Below, one piece after another: positions 53,595-64,000 of a stretch of 64,000 nucleotides of DNA. Each line of letters opens with the position of its first letter. The first letter of the stretch is position 1. A model generated the notes under the pieces. The model worked only from the letters and a program-made list of their open reading frames with translations, did not search any database and was not told the DNA's origin. This DNA comes from Octopus vulgaris (Eukaryota): positions 74,834,001 to 74,898,000 of the forward strand of contig OX597822.1 in assembly GCA_951406725.2 (NCBI GenBank), in the 5' to 3' direction. The position numbers and the translations under genes are program-made.

Positions 53595-53908
53595 TTAGCT
53601 GCTAGAGAGTAATAGGGGTTCACTACTTTTCTACTCTAGGCACAAGGCCTGAAATTTTGGCGGGAGGGGGCCAGTCGATTAGATTGACCCCACTACGCAA
53701 CCAGTACTTAATTTATCGACCCCGAAAGGATGAAAGGCAAAGTTGACCCTGGCAGAATTTGAACTCAGAATGTAAAGACATTGTATGTAAAGAGTGCAGA
53801 GTGTTGCACTGATAACCGGTTGGTGGAGAATCTGCCTGGGGTTAAACTAGTAGTGACATTCAACAGTCACTTTGATGTAGCGACTGGCTGTTTATATATT
53901 TGTATATA

Positions 53909-54630
53909 CAGGCATACCTCATCCTACAATGTTAATTGGTTCCAGGAGACATGACTTAAGTTGAATTAACTTGTCTCTAGGCTAGGCCAACCTTACTTGT
54001 CTCTAAGCTAAACCTATAATAACCATTCCCAGTTCTGTATTTTATTTATGGTTAATAAGACATGGTTAATAAAAACCTATTTTAGCTTACAAACAAATAA
54101 TTTCTATTTTTTAATACAGTACAGTAAAAAAAAAAGTAATCTAAATTTACGAATTCAATTTTGCAGTATTTACCGTACATTATGGATGCTTTATTTATGA
54201 ATATGGTTTGCAATAAGACGTAGTAAAATAAAATTCATTTTTAAGTTCAAAAAACAAATTCAGTAATTATTATTATTTTACAATAGTAAAAAAAACTAAA
54301 TTATTTTAAATTTACCAATACATACACACAATTTCGTGATCTCATGATTTTGTTCACTAAGCTACACTACTTTATGGTGTGTATCTTAACATTTACTGTA
54401 CGTATTTTAATATAATTTTTTATGCTTTTATTTTTATTGTACAGTAAAATGATTTTATGTGCTTTTAACGGTTTTCTAGTGATTTTACGATTCCAATATT
54501 TGTGGCTGACAGATGTAAAGTCAAGTAAAATGACTTAACTTGATTTTTATTTTTCCATATATTATTTTTGAAAACCGACGTATAATTGAGGATGACTTAA
54601 ATCGAAATAACTTAAGCCGAGGTATGCTTG
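53909..54630. mobile_element. Tigger/pogo-like MITE
   Basis: TA|caggcatacctc...gaggtatgcttg|TA with an AT-rich interior. Confidence 0.75.
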
Positions 54631-54859
54631 TATATATAAAATTGAAGATACTGGAGTCAGGAAGTGGGAGTACTGTTGGACATTTGTTTATTATTCGTTA
54701 CAATTGTTTCAGCATAACCTAGTTCTCCAAGAATACAGTTATTTGATTATGCAACTGTTCTCCCTCCTCCTGATTCCAATTTCTTCAACTTTATATTCAC
54801 ACATGGCGAATGCCCAAATTTAAGCTTGGAAGTATATAATAACACTACTAATAACTAAT

Positions 54860-55112
54860 TATAAATGCGCCCTTTTTAAAGCCTAACCAGGCTCATGGGC
54901 CCAGTTTCCTGCTTTCAATGGCGTATGTGTTCCCCAGCTGGACGGGATACCAGCCCATCGCAGCGTTACTCATTTTTGCCAGCTGAGCGGACTGGAGCAA
55001 CGTGAAATGAAGTGTTTTGCCCAAGAACACAACGCGTTGCCCGGTCCAGGAATCGAAACTGCAATCTTACGATCATGATGCTGACACCCTAACCACTAAA
55101 CCACATGCCTCC
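54860..55112 (-). mobile_element. tRNA-derived SINE with V-domain-like core
   Basis: A/B boxes followed by gctgcgatgggctggtatcccgtccag...gaaactggg; related copy at about 29170-29760. Confidence 0.75.
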
Positions 55113-55452
55113 ACAACACTACCAATACTACTGGATAATTCTGCAGGTGGACAAGTTCTATACTGTACTCCAATGCATTACTGACAGAATACAACGTAAC
55201 TATATATGTATATTATTCTTAAACAAGAATATCGTTGACAGTGACTGTGACTGCAGTCTGATGATGGGTAACCTGGCCAAAACCTCGCAGTAATTGTCAA
55301 TGATATTCTTGTTTAACCCCTTGCAGATGGCTTTAGTACTGACAGTCTGTACTGGGTACCCAGTATTAGGCTATTCAGTAAGTACATAGTTTTTCATACA
55401 AAGAATTTCACAGTGTATTTACAGATTTTTCTTAGTATATTGCACACTAGGC

Positions 55453-56030
55453 CAGTGGTTCTGATCCTTTTCACTACCAAGGATCCCTTTTTATTTAAAT
55501 GAGTTTTCTCATGGATCCCTTTTAATATGCTTATCCTTATGTATATATACATACATTTTATTTATTTACTTGTTTCAGTCATTTGACTGCAGCCATGCTG
55601 GAGCACCACCTTTAGTCAGAAAATTCGACCTAAGGACCTATTCTTTGTAAGCCTAGTACTTACTCTATTGGTCCCTTTTGCTGAACTGCTAAGTTATGGG
55701 ACGTAAACACAGCATTGGTTGTCAAGCAATGGTGGAGGGACATGCACATACACACACACACAGACATTACACGCACATGACAGGTTTCTTTCAGTTTCCA
55801 TCTACCAAATGCACTCAGAAGGCTTTGGCAGCCCAAGGCTATAGTAGAAAACACTTGCCCAAGGTGCCACACAGTGGGATTGAACTTGGAACCATGTGAT
55901 TGGGAAGCAAGCTACTTACTACACAGCCACACTGTGCCTATGTATATGAAATTTTGATTTAGTTCACAGACCCACAGTATTACCTTTGCAGACCACCAGG
56001 GGTCCGTCGACCCCAGGTTGGGAACAACTG
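55453..56030. mobile_element. hAT-like MITE carrying a nested family A SINE (about 55565-55940)
   Basis: cagtggttc...gaacaactg with a perfect 8-bp TSD cactaggc. Confidence 0.85.
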
Positions 56031-56265
56031 CACTAGGCCTTGCACCTTCACAGTCTGTACCATGTACAGTTTGTAATACAGGGTGTATGCTGTATTACAT
56101 AAAATGTTTGTTGAATTATTCTTTCTATGCTGTGGTGCAGTCACTAGTGTAGCTAGAGTGTGTGCTGCACGGGGTGGCCCTTCCATTTGCCACTCCCGGA
56201 TCCCACAAAAAGCACATATTGCCTACAGCAGGCCCAAAAGTGGGGCTTTTTTAAAAGCTCCTCCT

Positions 56266-56456
56266 GAAATGGTTGGGTTCCAACCTAGGCTCCCATATCT
56301 ATGGCGTTCGCCGCTGGAATAAGGAGTGGTTGGAGATCACGCGGTCATTAGCCTCAAATCGCCAGGTCTGGTCGGCGTTTGTGAGAGATGCAGCATTGGG
56401 GATAATGAAACCAGCTCAACCCACCCCGAGTGAATGCTGTCTCAAGACAAGACAAG
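56266..56456 (+). mobile_element. 5'-truncated RTE-clade LINE end with (CAAGA)n tail and 41-bp flanking direct repeat
   Basis: WLEITRSLASNRQVWSAFVRDA resembles the RTE A.DR..W...V terminus; direct repeats at 56225-56265 and 56457-56497. Confidence 0.75.
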
Positions 56457-57102
56457 ACAGCAGGCCCAAAAGTGGGACCTTTTTAAAAGTTCCTTCTAGG
56501 ATGCCCCCCTTCTTCCCCCAGCTATGCAAGTAGGTTCAGTTTATTGTAAACAACTCATTAGAACTTCTGCTAGAAAGAATCTACCCAGGCCAGTTTTCTT
56601 GATTCTGCTGCTCTGCTCTATGGCTTTGCTCGTTTGGTATATATGTTCTCTTTTCTGCCATTCATGCTGTGAAAGTCTGTAAAATTTGGTGAATTTTGAA
56701 ATATTCAATTTTTCACATAGCTTCCGTTCTCTTTCCTTGTCAGTCTTTGAAAACTGTAGCTGACCGGCTTCTCAGTTTCCTTTCATTAAGATATGTTAAC
56801 TCGTATCGGAAAAAGTTTTATGATAAGAGGGGGGAAATACTGTAGGAGTGGAGGAAATAAGTCATGGCAAAACTTTAAGAAATGTGTGTGTGTGGTGTTG
56901 AAGGAAATTCCACAACCTGTTTCCCATTTAAGAAATGGATATTTTTGGATTATTACGAAGATAAACACATGCGTGCACACACACACAGACACACAAATCT
57001 TTACATGTCATCGGTGTTGTTTTAACGTCCACTTTTCCATGCTTGCATGGGTCAGATGGAAGTTTTATAGAGGTAGATTTTTCTTCAGCTGGATGGATAC
57101 TG

Positions 57103-57249
57103 TCCTTCCTGTTGCCTTATTTGTTTCCAAGCAAAAGTAATATTTCTCCATAACCAGACCATGTTTCCACACAATATTTGAAATGAAAGTCACTCATTTA
57201 TAGGGATCATGCAATGTCAAGACAATGGGATACACGCACACACACACTG

Positions 57250-57302
<53 letters not shown>

Positions 57303-57560
57303 GCGTGTGTCTGTATATGTGTGTCTGAATATGTGTGTGTGTCTGTATATGTATATATGTCTGTGACCGCGTGTGTACCGTTGGCGATTTTTTTCCTCCG
57401 TCTTCCTTCCTGTTGCCTTATTATGTTTCCAAGCAAAAGTAATATTTCTCCATAACCAGACCATGATTCCTCACAATATTTGAAATGAAAGCCACTTATT
57501 TGTAGGGATCGTGCAATGTCAAGACAATGGGATACACGCATACACACACTATGTATATAT
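57103..57560. repeat. Local direct duplication of about 155 bp (period about 300)
   Basis: tccttcctgttgcctta...caagacaatgggatacacgca occurs at about 57103 and 57402. Confidence 0.9.
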
Positions 57561-57714
57561 ACATGTGTGTCTGTATATGTGTCTGAATATGTGTGTGTTT
57601 GTATATGTGTGTGTGTCTATATATGTATATGTGTGTGTATGTATGTGTGTGTGTCTGTATATGTATACATGTGTGTGTCTTTATGTATTTGTGTGTATAT
57701 GTACATGTATATAT

Positions 57715-57854
57715 GGCTACTATTGGCCTCATGTTAAGAAGAGGAAGAAAATATCCAAGTATCTCAACAATTTTTCAAGCTGGTCACAGCAAATCAAATT
57801 GTTAAGACCCTTGGATATTTTCTTACTCTTCTTAACATGAAACTAATGGTAGCC
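57715..57854. repeat. Foldback with about 60-bp arms
   Basis: ggctac...catgttaagaagaggaagaaaatatccaag versus cttggatattttcttactcttcttaacatg...gtagcc. Confidence 0.9.
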
Positions 57855-57949
57855 TTAATTTACAAATAAAGAAATTATTTATCTGCCAGTACCATGTTGA
57901 GCACTCATTCCAATGTTCTACATTTACACACACACACACATATATATAC

Positions 57950-57990
<41 letters not shown>

Positions 57991-60385
57991 TTACCTTTTA
58001 TTTGCTTCAGTCACTTGACTGTGGTCATGCTGTAGCATCACCTTGAGGAATTTTAGTTGACTGAATCGATTCCCAGTGCATTTTGTTTAAAGTCTGGTAC
58101 TTATTCTATGAGTTTCTTTTGCAGAATTGCTAAATTATTGGGACATAAACACACCAACACTGGTTGTGAAGCTGTGGTAACACACACACACACATACACA
58201 TGCGCATAGCTGCTGGTCCCATGTAAAAAGCGCCTGTGATGGTGCTGCGTAAGAGCACTGTGTAAAGTGGTTGGTGTTAGGAAGGGCATCCAGCTGTAGA
58301 AACCATGTCAAAACAGACAGGGTGCCTGAACAGCCCTTGTCAAACTGTCCAACCCATACCACCATGGAAAATGGTCACTAACTAATGATATACACACACA
58401 CACACATTGAGCCTCTTTCAGTTTCCATCTGTTGAATCCACTCACAAGGCTTTGGTTGGTCTCAGTCTATAGTAGAAGATTCTTCTCCGAGGTGCCATGC
58501 AGTGGGGCTGAACCTGGAACCTTGTGGTTGGGAAGCAAACTTAACCAGAGAGCCATTCCTGTCCTGTACCTAGCAGATATATCAATAGACTGACATTAAC
58601 CCATTTGATTATTCAAATATTCCACACATGCCTGTATAAACATACTATATGAATGTGTTAACCAATGAGGGACCTCTTAATCGGTGGTTCTCAAATGGGG
58701 CCCACTTGACCTTTAGTAGGGTCCACTTAAGATTTTGGTCTTAAAATTTATGTGCAATAAATTGCTTATGCTTTAACAATATGCAAAATATTCTGACAAT
58801 GTTTTTTTTTATAGGCACAGGAGTAGCTGTTTGGTAAGAGGTTGCTTACCAACCACATGGTTCTGGGTTCAGTCCTACTGTGTGGCACCTTGGTCAAGTG
58901 TCTTCTACTAGGTCCAGCCAAAGACCTGTGAATGGATTTGGTAGACAGAAACTGAAAGAAGCCTGTTGTGTATATATATATAATGTATGTATGTATATGT
59001 ACGTACGTATGTTTGTGTGTCTGTGTTTGTCTCCCCACCATGACTTGACAACCAATGCTGGTGTGTTTCTGTCCCTGTAACTTAGCAGTTTGGCAAAAGA
59101 GACCGATACAATAAGTACTAGGCTTCCAAAGAGCAAGTCCTGAAGTTGATTTGTTCGACTGAAGGTGGTGCTCCAGCATGGCCACAGTCAAATGTCAAAC
59201 AACCGAGTAAAACAGAGTAAAGAGTGATTCCTTATCATATTTACTTAGAAAAATATAATAGGATTTTTAAAACATCAAATGGCAACAGGAGGGGGTCTTT
59301 TAGTAAAATAGGAATTCAAAGGGTCCATAAGTAAAATATGGTTGAAATACTGCTCTACATGGTCACTTAGCTTAATAGAAATAGTAACCAAATTGCTTGA
59401 AATTGCTACCATCACCACCATCATCATCTTTTATTCTTTTATTTGTTTGTCACTATGGTCATGCTGGAGCACCACCTTTAGTCGAATAAATTAACCCCAG
59501 GATTTATTCTTTGTAAGCCTAGTACTTATTCTGTTGGTCTCTTTTGCCAAACTGCTAAGTTTCGGGGATGTAAACACAACAACATCGGTTGTCAAGCAAT
59601 GGTGTGGGGGACAAACACAGACACACAAACATACACACATACACACAACAGGCTTTTTTCAGTTCCCACCTACCAAATCCACTAACAAGGCTTTGGTCAG
59701 GCCGAGGCTATAGTAGAAAACACATCTCCAAGGTGCCATGCAGTGGGTCTGAACCCGGGACCTTGTGGTTGGTAAGTAAGCTACTCACCACACAGCCACC
59801 CTACCTTTCCATGCTTGCATGGGTTAGACAAAGTTTATCGAGGTAGACTTTTTTGTCAGATGCCCTTCCTGTCACTAACCCTCATCTTTTTCTCCATGGT
59901 CAGACATGTTTTGCTCAGAAGACTGGAAATGAATAACCCCACTTGTATGATGGTGATGCTTATTTACAACCATCATATGATTTCTAGACAAGGGCAGTGA
60001 TGGAATCTCCTGTTGAAGATGACTTATGAGTGTTCAGCTTTTGCCGAATGACCGGCACAAATGATTTGTTTATAGTGATCAAATGTATGTGTTGTACATT
60101 AGCTCAGATTGAGATTGTGTGTTCAGGGGCAGAGTGTACCACATGTCTGGTGTCAAAACAGTCACAGTGCAATGTGAGCTGGAGTGTTTTACTCAAGGAC
60201 ACGATACACCACCCTGTCTAGGAATTGAAACCACAATCTCATGATCATGTGTTCAATATCCTAACCGTTAGGCCATGTTTCCTCACAAGGGTACACACAC
60301 ACACATGCACATATATGCAGGCGTGATGGGCTTATTTCAGTTTCCATCTACCAAATATACTCTCAAGGCTCTGGTCCATCTAGAG

Positions 60386-60998
60386 CAGTGGTTCCCAAAC
60401 CACCCCCTAGATGCCCAGGCCAGATTCCTAGCAACCCTACCCCAACTAACCATCACAAACATACACTCCTTTCTGAAGTAAAATCAAAGCAACTGTATTT
60501 CACAAAAAAAAACTTAACCTAATAAACCCATTATTTTGTTGTTTTTACATGAATCTCTACCCCGTTATTGCCCCACTTTTTACATGAATCGCTACCCCGT
60601 TATTGCCCCACTTTTTACATGAATCGCTACCCCATTATTGCTCCACTTTTTACATGAATTGCTACCCCATTATTGCCCCACTTTCTACATGAATCGCTAC
60701 CCCATTATTGCCCTACTTTTTACATGAATCATTACCCCATTATTGCCCCACTTTTTACATGAATCATTACCCCATTATTGCTCCACTTTTTACATGAATC
60801 ATTACCCCATTATTGCCCTACTTTTTACATGAATCATTACCCCATTATTGCCCCACTTTTTACATGAATCACTACCCCATTATTGCCCCACTTTTTGCAT
60901 GAATCGCAACCCCATTATTGCCCCACTTTTCTTCAATACCCCCTTCGAACTTTCCACTGCTCCCAGTTGGGCAATACCACCTACTTTGGGAACCACTG
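60386..60998. mobile_element. hAT-like MITE with internal 36-bp minisatellite, nested in a SINE
   Basis: TIR cagtggttcccaaa / tttgggaaccactg; TSD atctagag / atttggag; unit ttttacatgaatcgctaccccattattgccccactt repeated about 10-11 times (about 60541-60930). Confidence 0.9.
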
Positions 60999-62273
60999 AT
61001 TTGGAGCTGTATTTCAAGATATTTGCCCAAGGTGCTGCACAATGGAAATGAACTTGAAAGCATGTGGTTGGGAAGCAAGCTTCTTACCCACACAGCCATG
61101 CCTGTACCTACCTATCATCTTTGAAAAGGGAAGCTCATTGGATGAAGCACAAAGAATGAATTCAAGTGGAGAAACTTACACATTCATGCATATAGGGGCA
61201 GGTGTGGCTGTGTGGTAAGAAGCTTGCTTCCCAACCACACGTTTCTGAGTTCCGTCTCACTGCGTGGCACTTTGGCCGAGTGTCTTCTACTGTAGTCTCA
61301 GTCCAACCAAAGCCTTGTGAGTGGATCTGGTAGACGGAAACTGAAAGCAGCCCATTGTGTGTATGTGTGTCTGTGTTTATTTTTTTTTATCCCCTAGCGT
61401 TTTGACAGCTGGTGTTGGTGTGTTTTATGTCCTCGTAACTTGGGGGTTTTGCAAAAGTACCAGGTTTGACAAAAATAAGTAATGGTGTCAATTCATTCAA
61501 CCAAAACTACTTTAAGGTGATGCTCCAGCATGGTGGCTGCAGTCTAATGACTGAAATCAGTAAATGCTAAAAGAAAAGCTAAAACACACAACCAGTGTAC
61601 ACATTTGTATGTGCTGTTAATAACATTGTTTGCTGTGTAGTCCCGGGTGAGCTTTGATCGAGTTATTTTGTGTTTTGGAAGTGTGTGAGCTGTTATTGTT
61701 GTTGTTTTGTCTCTGGTCAGTTCAAAGTATTTTTAAGGTATTATAGTTGTACCACCCTGCCTGGAGCTTTTTTTTTCTTTCCCATTAACTTTTGTATCAG
61801 CATGGGATGGCAAGGTTGGCTGGTTAAAAAGCTTGCTTTGCAACAACATAATTTTGAGTTCAGTACCCCACAGCATGGCTTCTTGTGCAAGTGTCTTCAA
61901 CTATAGCACTGGACTAACCAGTGCTTAGTGAATTAACTTGTTAGATAGAAACTGTATGGAATCCCATCATGTGTGTGTGTTTGCTACCCCACAACCACTT
62001 GATGTCCGGTTGGATTGTTTCCATCCTTATGACTTAGTAGTTCACCAAAAGTATTTGATAGAAGTAAAAAAAATAAGTTCGGCTAAAACCCTTCAATGTG
62101 GCCATAGCACGGCTGCAGTCCAACGACCAAACTAAGCGAAAGAGATGAAAAAAGGTGTATGGTGTGATAGGAAAGAAATTTGACTGTTATATCTATCAAG
62201 TCAAGTGGGGGTATTTTAGGGAGAACAATGGTTTTATGTCCAGTGATAAGATGTTGAAGTATGAGGAAGATAA

Positions 62274-62443
62274 TATCGGGTCATTTAGAATGAAATGTCC
62301 GATTTTGACCTGAGAGTGATGATGTAACTCTTCAATGTTGTAAAACCGTTAAAACAAAGAATTGTCTGGATAAAGCATTGGAGTTAACGACTGTCAAACT
62401 TAGTGCATAAGAAAATCGGACACTTCGTTCTAATGACCTGATA
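62274..62443. mobile_element. Small MITE-like inverted-repeat element
   Basis: atatcgggtcatttagaatgaaatgtccgatttt versus aaaatcggacacttcgttctaatgacctgatat. Confidence 0.7.
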
Positions 62444-62726
62444 TATGATGAACTCTCCATTGGTTTCTGCTATGGGCCTTCAGTTAATCAGTCGAGCTAC
62501 CTTTTCATTAAATGGTTGTATAAGTGGCTGAATATTCCACAGGCACATGTGGTTCCTTAACCCATTAGCATTCAGATTTCTCTATTAAATGTAATGTTTA
62601 TTATATTCACGTTGATGTGAATTAGTCACACATTTTTGTAACTCTTTTACTTGTTTCAGTCATTTGACTGTGGCCATGCTGGAGCACCGCCTTTAGTCGA
62701 GCAAATCAATCTCAATTTATTCTTTA

Positions 62727-63113
62727 CTAGCAGTATCGCCCGGCGTTGCTCGGGTTTGTAAGGGAAATAACTATAAAGCATTTTTAGATAGTTATAGCCA
62801 AAATATAGCAAAAAAATGGGAAAAAAATAATGGTAAATTTTTTTTTTTGAGAGTTAAAAAGGTCGAGTTGCGTCCCCTAGACAGTCTGTGGTTTGTGTTT
62901 CTCATTCTCGACCCCATGTCGAATTTATCGATTTTTTTCAGAACTGGGGTAACTTTTCAAAATTTTCGCTGCGTTAGTTTTGAATTATGACATTGGGCTA
63001 TGTGTGTGTCAAGTTTCATCAGAATTGGTTGAAAGCCGTGGTCAGGGTGAGGGTACAACCTAACAGACACACAGAAACACACACAGACAAACTGCCGTTT
63101 ATATATAGAGAGA
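62727..63113 (-). mobile_element. Non-autonomous Helitron nested in a family A SINE (about 62640-63425)
   Basis: Minus strand reads A|TC...cccgagcaacgccggg hairpin...CTAG|T, with no TSD. Confidence 0.85.
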
Positions 63114-64000
63114 TAAACCTAGTACTTATTCTGTTGGTCTCTTTTGCCGAACTGCTAAGTTACGGGGACATAAAGACACCAGCATCGGTTATCAAGCGAT
63201 GTTGGGGGGACAAACACTGACACACAAACATATACATACATACACACACACACACACACACGATGGGCTTCTTTCAGTTTCCATCTACCAAATCCACTCA
63301 CAGGGCTTTGGTCGGCACGAGGCTATAGTAAAAGACACTTGCCCAATGTGCCATGTGGTGGAACTGAACCCAGAGCCATGTGGTTTGTGAGCAAGCTACT
63401 TACCACACTTTCACTCCTATACCTAATGATTGTTTGTTTTTAGAATGACGTAGGGTAAGTGTGAGAGGCCAAATCTGGTCAGTGTGAAGATAATACAGGT
63501 AGATTATTTTGGTCAGATATAGCTGGTTTAAATGCTAAGTGGTTAATATAATTCTCAAATCAAATCAGTGTGACACGGTGTGTGTGAAAGACAAGGCTGG
63601 ACCTGGTATAATTACTGGTACAGTTGATCTAATGGGCTACTATATAGGTTCTGTTGGCTCTGTTCCGCTCCCGAGAGCTTGGGTCGACTCAAAGTATATA
63701 TAGTAAAAGGATGCTTGTCTGAAGTGCCATGCAGTGGGATTGAACCTGGCACCTCGTGGTTGTGAAGCAAGCTTCTTAACTATTCAGTCCTACTTGCATC
63801 CATACAAATGCGGATATAATGAGGGTGTTTAAAATAAGGATGATGTCATGCAGCAAATACATTTTCTGGTACCAACCCACAGATGGAAAGAATGTGTGTG
63901 TGTGTGTGTGTGTTTACTCATGTTCTTTCTTTCTTTTACATGTACACATTACTGCCTACCAAACTACACCAAACACATACTGACAGCATAAATATATGCT

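Overview
AT-rich, repeat-saturated eukaryotic DNA. The SINE families and the (TA)n/(TG)n/(ATC)n/(AAT)n microsatellites point to an Octopus (coleoid) genome; this is inferred from repeat recognition, not from a search. Most ORF-track entries are artefacts of microsatellites or SINEs. Host-gene signal is sparse: a compact bidirectional promoter at about 5.7-5.95 kb drives a minus-strand gene (spliced start MSN|VMKSRSKRKSKKEITPPTTKRSK...) and probably a plus-strand gene with very long introns and a 39-nt exon at 25315-25353. The rest is mobile DNA: several SINE families, a near-complete decayed Tc1, mariner relics, hAT/piggyBac/Tigger/Merlin-like MITEs, a non-autonomous Helitron, RTE, R4/Dong and CR1-like LINE ends, and a Penelope-like (PLE) reverse transcriptase fragment. 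The most interesting part is 49.6-53.9 kb. It holds two structurally complete type I hammerhead ribozymes, one next to the PLE RT and one between 44-bp direct repeats (retrozyme-like). It also holds a young 2.26-kb SVA-like composite insertion made of about 365-bp tandem monomers, a G/C-rich VNTR and an RTE-type SINE tail. A tRNA-headed element with a PLE/hammerhead-like tail and many long foldback palindromes are also present.
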